Assembly: GCA_965249575.1 (NCBI GenBank)
Contig: OZ252244.1
Location: 2,304,001 to 2,368,000, forward strand
Direction: 5' to 3'
DNA from: Gemmatimonadales bacterium
Lineage (GTDB): Bacteria; Gemmatimonadota; Gemmatimonadetes; Gemmatimonadales; GWC2-71-9
Length of the DNA: 64,000 nt
Part shown: positions 32,543 through 40,905 of the stretch, piece after piece
Layout of the letters: every line of letters starts with the position of its first letter
Position numbering within the stretch: the first letter of the stretch is position 1
The notes under the pieces: generated by a model
Told to the model about the DNA's origin: nothing
What the model saw: only the letters and a program-made list of their open reading frames with translations
Databases searched by the model: none
Program-made: the position numbers and the translations under genes

Positions 32543-33507
32543 GCGACGTCTCCCACAGCCGCGGCGACCTCCTCAGGACGAATTTCCGTCATGCATTGGT
32601 GATGGCCGAGCGGGCAGCGGCTGGAGCCGTGCAGTGAACACGGCCGACACGACATTGCTCGCTGGAGCACGGTCGATGATCGGCTGTGGGGAAAAAACCC
32701 GAACGCCTCCGCCGTCGGACCAAACAGGGCGACAACCCGAGTTCCAGTAGCAGTTGCCATGTGCATGAGTCCCGAGTCGTTGCATACGGCCACGCGTGCT
32801 CGCCTCAGGACGGCCGCGGCCACCCCGAGCGGCTCTTCGTAAACTTCGATCAGCGACCCGCCTGTTAGCAAGCATCGCTCGGCCGCACCTCCCAGCGCCA
32901 CGACCGGCACCCGCTTGGACAGCAATCCATCCGCGAGCCTTCGCCAGTGCTCGGGCGGCCACCGTTTCGTCGCGTGACCGGCCCCGGGTGCGAGGACTAC
33001 ACATCCCTCCGGGACGAGTTCCGCCGCGCGCGCCTCGTCCTCCGATGAGGGGAACAACTCCGGTGGTCCATTGTCTACGGTGACCTCCAGGGCGCGCGCG
33101 GCGCCGAAATAGCGCTGTGCCACTGGTAGTCCGCGCGACCCGCCTCCGTTGCCACGGAGCAGTCTCATGCGGCGGACCATGCGCCGCTTCCGGTAAGAAT
33201 GCCACCGCCCCCCGAGCAGCATGCGCAACCCGAACGAGCGGAGGCTCCCATGAAGGTCGATACGATAGTCCGGACGAGGAGCGCGAAGTCGCGATGCCAG
33301 ATGGCGGAGCGGCTCGTTGGGGGCGAGGGTGACTACTCGCTCGACATTGGGGTTGCCTGCGAGCAGCGGTGCGTACGCCGCCTTCGTGACGAACGTGATC
33401 TCAGCCCGGGGCTTTGCGCGCTTGATGGCGCGCAGGAGGGGCGTGGTTAGCACGACGTCTCCGATGGAGCCGAAGCGGACGACGAGAATGTGATAGCGCG
33501 TGGACAC
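32539..33507 (-). CDS. Glycosyltransferase family 9 (heptosyltransferase-like)
   Basis: R.GSIGDV, KRWP, NDSGLMH.A.A, LFGPT, C.PC...G...CP.GHH.CM. Confidence 0.92.
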   Translation of the reverse strand: MSTRYHILVVRFGSIGDVVLTTPLLRAIKRAKPRAEITFVTKAAYAPLLAGNPNVERVVTLAPNEPLRHLASRLRAPRPDYRIDLHGSLRSFGLRMLLGGRWHSYRKRRMVRRMRLLRGNGGGSRGLPVAQRYFGAARALEVTVDNGPPELFPSSEDEARAAELVPEGCVVLAPGAGHATKRWPPEHWRRLADGLLSKRVPVVALGGAAERCLLTGGSLIEVYEEPLGVAAAVLRRARVAVCNDSGLMHMATATGTRVVALFGPTAEAFGFFPHSRSSTVLQRAMSCRPCSLHGSSRCPLGHHQCMTEIRPEEVAAAVGDVA

Positions 33508-33603
33508 GGTATTGGAATGTACGGGCGCCGGAAAAGGGCAGCCAGCGACAGGAATCCGTCGCGCGTCCCTACCCGACGACGACGATCCGAGTACTATTCA
33601 CTC

Positions 33604-35172
33604 ATGACGCGTCCCAAGACCATCCTCTGGGTCGATGACGAGGTTGAATCGCTGTCTGCCCACTCGCTCTTTCTCGAGGAGCAAGGCTTCGTCGTCGAGC
33701 TGACGCCGCACGGCGACGACGCCATCGCGTTGCTGCGCAGGCAGCCGTACGGCGTCGTGTTGCTGGATGAGCAGCTTCCGGGCCGGCGGGGGCTGGAGCT
33801 GGTCGAGGAGATCCGTTCCATCGACCCGGCGGTCCCGGTGGTGATGATCACGAAAAGCGAAGAAGACGACACCATGCGTGATGCCATCGGCATCGAGCTG
33901 GAGGACTATCTGGTCAAGCCGGTCAACCCGCGCCAGGTGCTCACCGTGGTCACTCGTCTCTTGGAGGGATCGCGTATACGGGATCAGCGGCGCGCCAGAG
34001 ACTTCGTCGCGCGGTTCAGGGAATTGGAGGAGCGCCGCGGATCCCGACTCGGGTGGCGTGAATGGATCGAACTGATTTCAGAGCTGGCGCAGTGGGAAGT
34101 CCGGCTCTCGGAGGGGGACCAACAGGGTCTCAGGGAGGCACTTGGCACGCTGTCGGCGGGACTGCGCGACGACTTTGCGGATTACCTGCTGGCGAGCTAT
34201 CCGCGGTGGTTGGCGTCTGGCGAGGGGGACCGGCCACCGCTGTCGGTGGACGTAGGTGACGAATTCCTGGCTCCGCTCCTCAAGACGCATGGCAAGGTCC
34301 TGTTCGTAGTGGTCGACTGTCTGCGGCTCGACCAGTGGGAGATCTTGAAGCCGGCGATCACTGAGATGTTCGACGTCGAGGTGTCGCATTACTTCAGCAT
34401 CGTCCCCACCGCGACGCCATTTTCGAGAAACGCGATCTTCGCCGGCCTCTTTCCCCTGGAGATCGCCTCCCGCTATCCCCAGTGGTGGGGCGAGCGCGAT
34501 GACGAAAGTCTCAACGCACATGAGGCCGAGTTGCTGACTGAGCAGATGAGAGAGCTCACCGGGTCGGATGTTCCGGTCCGGTATGAGAAACTCTCGAGTG
34601 CGATCGAAGGTCAGGCGATGCTGAAGCGGCTCCCTGCGCACCTCGCGCAGCGGGGTGTGACCAGCCTCGTCTTCAACTTCATCGACCAGCTCACTCACGG
34701 AAGGGCGGAGCATGCGATCTTGTACGAGGTCGCTCGTGACGCTGCGGCTCTTCGCGGCCTCACGAGAACGTGGTATCAGGATTCCGCTCTGATGCGAGCC
34801 CTCAGAGAAGCGGAGCGGCGCGGTGTGCCGGTTCTGCTGACCACCGATCACGGATCGATTCACTGCAATACACCAGCGACGGTGTTCGCGAAGCGTGACG
34901 CAACCTCGAACCTCCGCTACAAGTTCGGAGAGGACTTGCGGGCGGAGCGACCCGAAACGTCGATCCTCGTCGAGGATCTCGAGGCGTGGGGACTGCCGCC
35001 GAGGCGTTTGGGGGTGCGGATGCTGCTTGCCAGGCGCGACTATTTCTTCGTCTACCCGACCAAGCTCCGCGAGTATCAAGCCCGGTACCGGGGGTCGTTC
35101 CTGCACGGAGGGGTGACTCCGGAGGAGGTCATTGCGCCGATCGCGCTATTGACGCCGCGCGGGGGCGGTTAG
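33604..35172 (+). CDS. Receiver domain + PglZ/alkaline-phosphatase-like domain protein (PorX-like)
   Basis: N-terminal receiver (ILWVDDE, LLDEQ.PG, MITKSEE, YLVKP); C-terminal VDCLRLDQW, PTATPFSRNAIF, TTDHG, F.HGG. Confidence 0.88.
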   Translation: MTRPKTILWVDDEVESLSAHSLFLEEQGFVVELTPHGDDAIALLRRQPYGVVLLDEQLPGRRGLELVEEIRSIDPAVPVVMITKSEEDDTMRDAIGIELEDYLVKPVNPRQVLTVVTRLLEGSRIRDQRRARDFVARFRELEERRGSRLGWREWIELISELAQWEVRLSEGDQQGLREALGTLSAGLRDDFADYLLASYPRWLASGEGDRPPLSVDVGDEFLAPLLKTHGKVLFVVVDCLRLDQWEILKPAITEMFDVEVSHYFSIVPTATPFSRNAIFAGLFPLEIASRYPQWWGERDDESLNAHEAELLTEQMRELTGSDVPVRYEKLSSAIEGQAMLKRLPAHLAQRGVTSLVFNFIDQLTHGRAEHAILYEVARDAAALRGLTRTWYQDSALMRALREAERRGVPVLLTTDHGSIHCNTPATVFAKRDATSNLRYKFGEDLRAERPETSILVEDLEAWGLPPRRLGVRMLLARRDYFFVYPTKLREYQARYRGSFLHGGVTPEEVIAPIALLTPRGGG

Positions 35173-35173
35173 C

Positions 35174-36988
35174 GTGCACCAGTTTTCGCGGCTCCTCGGA
35201 TATGTTCGTCCGTACTGGGCCGCGTTTCTCATCAGTTTCATGGCGGCGGTCCTCGCCTCGAGCCTCGACGGTCTCACTTTTGCGCTCCTAATCCCCTTCT
35301 TGCGGACTCTCTTCGGCGCGGGAGCGCCCACACCGGAAGTCGCGACGGGCGTGGAGCGTCTGCTCGCTACCCTGGTGGGGGGGTGGGTCGATCCGGCCGG
35401 CGGCGGCTCCGCGCTGCAGGCCATCGTGCTGCTGATCCTGATCACGGTCGTCGTCAAGAACGTCGCGGGATATACGTCGGCGTACCTCGGCGCCTTCATT
35501 CAGGAAAGGGTGGCGGCGGATCTTCGGGTGGCGGCGTACGCCCACGTGCAAAAACTCGGGCTCGGGTTCTATCAACGCACGAAGGCCGGGCAGCTCGTCA
35601 CGCGGGTCGTCGTCGACGCTGATCAAGCGAAGAGCGTCGTCAGCGGGGCGCTCACCTCGGCATTCCAGCACGCGGTACTCGTCGCGGTGTACGTCGCAAT
35701 CCTGTTCACGCTGTCGTGGCGGCTCACCCTCGTCGCCCTGGTGCTTGCACCGGCACTCGCCCTGGTCCTCCGGCCGGTACTGGCGCAAGTACGGTCGCGA
35801 TTCCAGGCCGTGCTGCACGAGCGCGGCGAGTTGACGGCGATCATGACGGAGACCATTGACGGGGTCCGCCTGGTGAAGGCGCATGGGGCGGAGGTGTACG
35901 AGCGTCGCCGTTTCTCCAGGGTCCTCCAGCGGTACGTGCGAGGACTGCTCGCTACACAGCGCTTCGCGATCCTCGCGAGCCCTCTGAGCGAGACGTTGGG
36001 TGCGGGGGTCATCGTGCTGGTGCTGATGCTGGGTGTCGGGGGCTTGACCGGTGGACCGGCTCTTCGACCCGAGATCTTCGTCGCGTTCCTGGCGGTTACC
36101 CTGCGACTCATGCCGCCGGTGAAATCCCTCTCGCAGTTCCCGACCGTAGCCCAGCAGGCGCTCGCCGCCGCGCGGCGGGTGTTCGAGTTGCTGGACACGG
36201 CGACGGACGACCTCGACTCCCCCGCTGCCCGGCCATTTCCCGGGCTCGCTCGGGAGATCCGCTTCGACGACGTGTGGTTCGCGTACGAGCCCGAAGGATG
36301 GGTGTTGAAGGGCGTGAACCTGGCGGTGTACAAGGGCGACGTGATCGCCATCGTTGGACTCTCGGGGGCCGGCAAGTCCACCCTGGTGGACCTGCTGCCT
36401 CGATTCATCGTCCCCGCGCGCGGCGCGGTTCTGGTAGACGACGTGTCCATTTCGAGCTACAGCCGCCGGTCGCTTCGCAATACGCTCGGTATCGTGAGCC
36501 AACATACCGTCATCTTCAACGACTCCGTTCGTGCCAACATCGCCTACGGGGACGAGGCGGATGCCAGCATGGAAGCGGTCACCGCTGCGGCTCGGGCGGC
36601 GAACGCGCACGGGTTCGTCGAGCGCTTGCCCAACGGATACGAGACACTCCTGGGAGAGCGTGGCACCCGCTTATCGGGCGGGGAGCGACAGCGGATCGCA
36701 ATCGCCCGAGCCCTACTCCGCGACCCCCCAATTCTGATCCTCGACGAGGCCACGTCGGCACTCGATTCGGAATCTGAGCGCCTCGTGCAGCAGGCCATCC
36801 AGCGGCTCCTCGAGAATCGGACCGTTCTGGTCATCGCCCATCGCCTGTCGACGGTGTCCCGCGCGGATCGCATCGTTGTGTTGGACCGGGGGCGCATCGT
36901 GGAGCAGGGGAGGCACGCCGATCTCATCCAGGCCGGGGGGCTCTACCAGCGCCTGCACACGCTCGAGCTCACCGCTTCCGATTCCTGA
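35174..36988 (+). CDS. ABC transporter, fused permease/ATPase (MsbA-like)
   Basis: TM domain, then GLSGAGKST, LSGGERQR, LDEATSALD, AHRLST. Confidence 0.92.
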   Translation: MHQFSRLLGYVRPYWAAFLISFMAAVLASSLDGLTFALLIPFLRTLFGAGAPTPEVATGVERLLATLVGGWVDPAGGGSALQAIVLLILITVVVKNVAGYTSAYLGAFIQERVAADLRVAAYAHVQKLGLGFYQRTKAGQLVTRVVVDADQAKSVVSGALTSAFQHAVLVAVYVAILFTLSWRLTLVALVLAPALALVLRPVLAQVRSRFQAVLHERGELTAIMTETIDGVRLVKAHGAEVYERRRFSRVLQRYVRGLLATQRFAILASPLSETLGAGVIVLVLMLGVGGLTGGPALRPEIFVAFLAVTLRLMPPVKSLSQFPTVAQQALAAARRVFELLDTATDDLDSPAARPFPGLAREIRFDDVWFAYEPEGWVLKGVNLAVYKGDVIAIVGLSGAGKSTLVDLLPRFIVPARGAVLVDDVSISSYSRRSLRNTLGIVSQHTVIFNDSVRANIAYGDEADASMEAVTAAARAANAHGFVERLPNGYETLLGERGTRLSGGERQRIAIARALLRDPPILILDEATSALDSESERLVQQAIQRLLENRTVLVIAHRLSTVSRADRIVVLDRGRIVEQGRHADLIQAGGLYQRLHTLELTASDS

Positions 36989-37830
36989 TGCGGGTCGTGG
37001 GTTTCACCATCGTGTCCGGAGCCGAGCGGCTCGAGTTTCCGATCGTCGAGGCGATCCGCTCCGTGCTGCCCCTGACCGACGAGTTCATCGTCAACGTCGA
37101 CTCGGGTGCAGATCGCACCGCGTCGCGCATCGCCGAAATCCACGACGCCCGCGTTCGGCTGGTCGAGCGCAGCTGGGAGTTTGCCTTGGGCGGTGCGGTG
37201 TTGGCTCGCGAAACGCAGGCGGCGCTCGATTTGGCGGACGGCGATTGGGCGGTATACGTCCAGGCGGACGAGGTGTTGCACGAATCGGGTGTTGCGCCGC
37301 TGCGCAAGGCCATCCGGGACGCGCAAGACGATCCGCGAGTGGAGGGATTGCTTGTTCGGTTCGTGCATCACTACGGGGGCCCCGGTAGCATAGCGACTGG
37401 GCGGCATTGGTACCGGCGTGAGGTTCGTGCCGTCCGCTTGGGGTGCGGGATTACGAGCCACCACGAGGCACAGGGGTTTCGTGTTTGCCGCCGGCGCATT
37501 CGTGCGCGGGAGACCCCCGCCGTCTACCACCATTATGGCTGGTCCAGGCCGGCGGCAGCGCTTGCCGAAAAAGGACTGGTGGATCACCGGATCTATGGTC
37601 GAAGCGTCCCGGCCAGTCCCACCACGTTACCGTGGGAATTCGGTCTGCGACCCCTGGCCGGACACCATCCCGCCGTCATGCGAGACTGGATCGCGGCCCG
37701 CGGTGGGACGTTCGCCCCGATCCGCGCCCGGCGCTGGACCGGCAAGCAGCTCCGGAACGCCGCGTCGGCGGTGGTGGAGCGGTGGACCGGCGTTCGTGTG
37801 TGGGAGTACCGGAACTACGTGCTGGTCTGA
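36988..37830 (+). CDS. Glycosyltransferase family 2-like protein
   Basis: V.GFT.V, P.VEAIRS.LPL.DE, YVQADE.LHE, HYGW; envelope gene context. Confidence 0.75.
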   Translation: MRVVGFTIVSGAERLEFPIVEAIRSVLPLTDEFIVNVDSGADRTASRIAEIHDARVRLVERSWEFALGGAVLARETQAALDLADGDWAVYVQADEVLHESGVAPLRKAIRDAQDDPRVEGLLVRFVHHYGGPGSIATGRHWYRREVRAVRLGCGITSHHEAQGFRVCRRRIRARETPAVYHHYGWSRPAAALAEKGLVDHRIYGRSVPASPTTLPWEFGLRPLAGHHPAVMRDWIAARGGTFAPIRARRWTGKQLRNAASAVVERWTGVRVWEYRNYVLV

Positions 37831-38921
37831 CGGTCGAAGTTCCCCTCTCCATCCCTCGGTCCCTGGTCCCACGCGTCGGCTCGAGCCACGATGGCATAGG
37901 TGGGGCAATGGCGGACCATCCCGCCATCCGCTGGCGACCAGATCTGCTCAGGCTCTGTTACGACCGCCTTGCCCTCGTCATCGAGGGTGAACAATCCGCG
38001 AGGACCCCATGCGAGACACGCCCCGCAGCCGATGCACCGTTCCCGAACGACGCTCAGGGTGACTCGGCGCCGGGGGTAAACGCCGATCGCATCCGGCACT
38101 GGAATGCCTCCTGGCCGGCGGAGCAACTCGTCGGTTACTCGGTACCCCTCGTCGATGAGCCACCGATTTTGCTCAAACGTGAACATCGACAGGTGTTCCA
38201 CGCGGGGTTGAAGGAGCACCAGCGGCGGGCTCGACCACCGCTCCAAGGCGGCATCGCGCATTTTGTCGATCCCGATCTCGATGGCGCGGGCATACACCGC
38301 AGCGAAGCCGGAATCCTGGACCTCGGCTCGAAGCGCGCCGCTAGAGCCGACGTCGACCGCGATTACCAGGTCACGGTGATAGGACCGGGCGATCCCGACC
38401 GGGAGGTTGGCCACGGAGGCGCCATCGGCGAAGAAGCGCCCCCGAATCTCCCTGGGCGGGAGAAACCCAGGCAGTGCCAGGGACGCATACACCGCGTCGG
38501 CAACCCGCACATCCGTAAGCCCCGGCGTGCCCCAGAAAACCTGCATACCCGAGTTGATATCGACCGTGTTGACGATCAACCGCCGCTCGAGGTTGTCGAA
38601 CGTCAGGTCGCCGAGGAGCCCGTCGATGAGATGCTCGAGTGGCTCACGGCGATAAATGGCCGGCGACCGCATGCGTTTGAGCGCCATGTCCCGATGCGCG
38701 ATGCGGAACAGATCCGGCCGCTTCAACTCGAGCGCCATGCTCTTGACCTCGTCTAGCGGCATTCCGGCGCACCACACTGCCGCGATGAGCGAACCGACGC
38801 TCGAGCCCACGACTTCCCGTGGAAGGAAGCCGTGCTCTTCAAGCGCCAAGAGCACCCCCAGGTGGGCGAGTCCCTTCATGCCGCCGCCCCCGAACACGAG
38901 CGTGTACTTCCGGTCGGTCAG
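37815..38921 (-). CDS. Patatin-like phospholipase with a C-terminal ferredoxin-like Fe-S domain
   Basis: GGGGMKG, GSSVG nucleophile motif, DGA; C-terminal CIGCGAC...CPTYAI. Start inferred at CTG 38921 after GGAGG; the ORF track starts at 38897. Confidence 0.87.
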   Translation of the reverse strand: MTDRKYTLVFGGGGMKGLAHLGVLLALEEHGFLPREVVGSSVGSLIAAVWCAGMPLDEVKSMALELKRPDLFRIAHRDMALKRMRSPAIYRREPLEHLIDGLLGDLTFDNLERRLIVNTVDINSGMQVFWGTPGLTDVRVADAVYASLALPGFLPPREIRGRFFADGASVANLPVGIARSYHRDLVIAVDVGSSGALRAEVQDSGFAAVYARAIEIGIDKMRDAALERWSSPPLVLLQPRVEHLSMFTFEQNRWLIDEGYRVTDELLRRPGGIPVPDAIGVYPRRRVTLSVVRERCIGCGACLAWGPRGLFTLDDEGKAVVTEPEQIWSPADGGMVRHCPTYAIVARADAWDQGPRDGEGNFDRQTST

Positions 38922-39026
38922 GACGCCTCCAGGTTGAGCACGACACCCAATATAGCCGCAAGCTTGCTACCTTTATGATCCACACGACGGCCGGCCGAGC
39001 CTCCGCGATTGCGAGGCGGTCCGTAG

Positions 39027-39623
39027 CCGGACGAAGATCAACTGGTTGAACGCCTCGAGGATCCCCGGGTTCGCGCCCTCGCCATCTCGTTCGTGCAGTT
39101 TTCGAGTGGGTTCCGCTCCGACCTCGACCGGCTGGGTACTGCGTGTCGAGAGTCAGGCTCGTTTCTCGTCGTGGACGCCATCCAGGGCGTCGGTCACGTT
39201 CCTCTCGACGTCCGGCGCACGCCGATCGACATTCTAGCGTGTGGCGGGCAGAAGTGGCTGCTGTCCCCATGGGGCTCGGGGTTCGTCTACGTGAGGCGGG
39301 AGTTGCTCCCAAACCTCGAACCAGTCCTCGCGGGATGGATGGCGTTCGAGGGCAACGACGATTTCTCGCGCCTGACGGACTACGATGCGGAATTCCGGCC
39401 GGACGCGCGGCGGTACGAACTCGGTACGCTGCCGTTTCAGGATTTCGTAGGAATGGCCGAAAGCGTCCGCATGCTGCTCGACCTACAAGTCGAGCGGATC
39501 TCGGCTTACACCCGCCTCGTTCGTGAGCCGGTGTTCAAGGCGGCGCTCGACGGCCAGATCCGCGTCGTGTCCCCCACTGACCGGCGCCCGCTTCAAACGA
39601 ACTCGACGCTCAACACCTTGTAG
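39027..39623 (+). pseudogene. Internal fragment of a class V aminotransferase / cysteine desulfurase-like protein
   Basis: VVDAIQG.G, PLP-lysine motif GGQKWLLSP.G.G, YELGT. Both termini are missing; an in-frame TAG lies at 39024-39026 and the 3' end runs into tyrS. Confidence 0.8.
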
Positions 39624-40837
39624 GTTTTCTTCCCGCGACGTAACAACACATACTGGCCCGCCGCGCCACCCACCAGGCACGCGTCCTCGGCTTGCGCTCC
39701 GAATCTCGGTACGAATTCGGCATCGTCGGTGATCACGTAGAGACCACCGCCGGCCAACAATCGACGCACGTCCCCCCTCGAGCTAGCGAGGCCCGCTGCG
39801 AGAAAGAGGTCCTCGTATTTGGGGGGCGCCGTCTGGGACCATTGATACTCCACTCGCGGCACGGTTTCCAGAACGTGCTCTACCGTATCCTTTGGTCCCA
39901 CGCCCTGTACGTGCGCCGATCCGTGGACCCGTTCAGTGACGTCCGACGCGAGGGCGTGATGAGGGATCCGGGCGGCGGGCTCGGCACGATGGCGGTCCAG
40001 CAGTGCGTTGATCTCGTCCCGCGTCTTGAAGGTGAACATCTTCAGGAAGCGCTCGACGTCGCGGTCGTCCGTGCTGACCCAGAAGTTGTAGAACGCGTGT
40101 GGCGGAGTCATGTCCTTGTCGAGCCACACGGCGCCTCCCTCGCTCTTGCCGAACTTCTGCCCCCGCGAGGTCGTCAAGAGTGGCGCGCTCAGCGCGTGCG
40201 CTTCCGCGCCCTCCGTCCTCCGAATCAGCTCCACTCCCGCGGTGATATTCCCCCATTGGTCGCTCCCCCCCATCTGGAGCTCGCAACGTTCGGTGCGGAA
40301 GAGCTGTAGGAAATCGTAGGCCTGGAGCAGCATGTAGCTGAATTCGGTGAACGAGATGCCCTCTTCGAGCCGGTTCTTGACCGACTCCTTCTGTAGCATG
40401 AGCGAGAGGGTGAAATGCTTCCCAACGTCGCGCAGGAACTCAACCAGGGTGACGGGCTTGAGCCACGTGGCGTTATTGAGCATTCTCGCGCCGGTGGCTG
40501 TCTGGTCGAAATCGAAGAAGCGCTCGAACTGGCCGCGCTGGCGAGCCACGTGCTCCTCGACCTGGCGATCCGCGAGCAGCGGCCGCTCGCTTCGCTTGCC
40601 GCTAGGGTCACCGATCAGCCCGGTCCCGCCGCCGAGCAGGACGATCGGCGCTCCACCCGCCCGTTGCAGATGGGCCAGCAGCATCACGGGGACGAGATTC
40701 CCCACCTGCAGGCTCGCGGACGTCGGGTCGAATCCCACATACGCGGTGATCGGCCCCTTGGACAGCCGGTCAGCCAGACCGGGTGTCGCGTCATTCAGCA
40801 AGCCGCGCCAGTCGAGTTCGTCCAGGAAGTCCTTCAT
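39593..40837 (-). CDS. tyrS: Tyrosine--tRNA ligase
   Basis: YVGFDPT, GLIGDPSG, FSY.LLQAYDF, GGSDQWGNI, KFGKS, S4-like tail LRRGKK. Confidence 0.96.
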   Translation of the reverse strand: MKDFLDELDWRGLLNDATPGLADRLSKGPITAYVGFDPTSASLQVGNLVPVMLLAHLQRAGGAPIVLLGGGTGLIGDPSGKRSERPLLADRQVEEHVARQRGQFERFFDFDQTATGARMLNNATWLKPVTLVEFLRDVGKHFTLSLMLQKESVKNRLEEGISFTEFSYMLLQAYDFLQLFRTERCELQMGGSDQWGNITAGVELIRRTEGAEAHALSAPLLTTSRGQKFGKSEGGAVWLDKDMTPPHAFYNFWVSTDDRDVERFLKMFTFKTRDEINALLDRHRAEPAARIPHHALASDVTERVHGSAHVQGVGPKDTVEHVLETVPRVEYQWSQTAPPKYEDLFLAAGLASSRGDVRRLLAGGGLYVITDDAEFVPRFGAQAEDACLVGGAAGQYVLLRRGKKTYKVLSVEFV

Positions 40838-40905
40838 CGGCGCGAAGGTTATTCCGGGCGGTGACCGCTGGCAAGCGGGTCCCGCCGGGACTACGTTTCA
40901 GGCTT

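Noticed and set aside
33604..35172. PglZ domain as evidence of a BREX defence system
   Set aside because: It is fused to a receiver domain, and no brxC, pglX or brxL genes are nearby.
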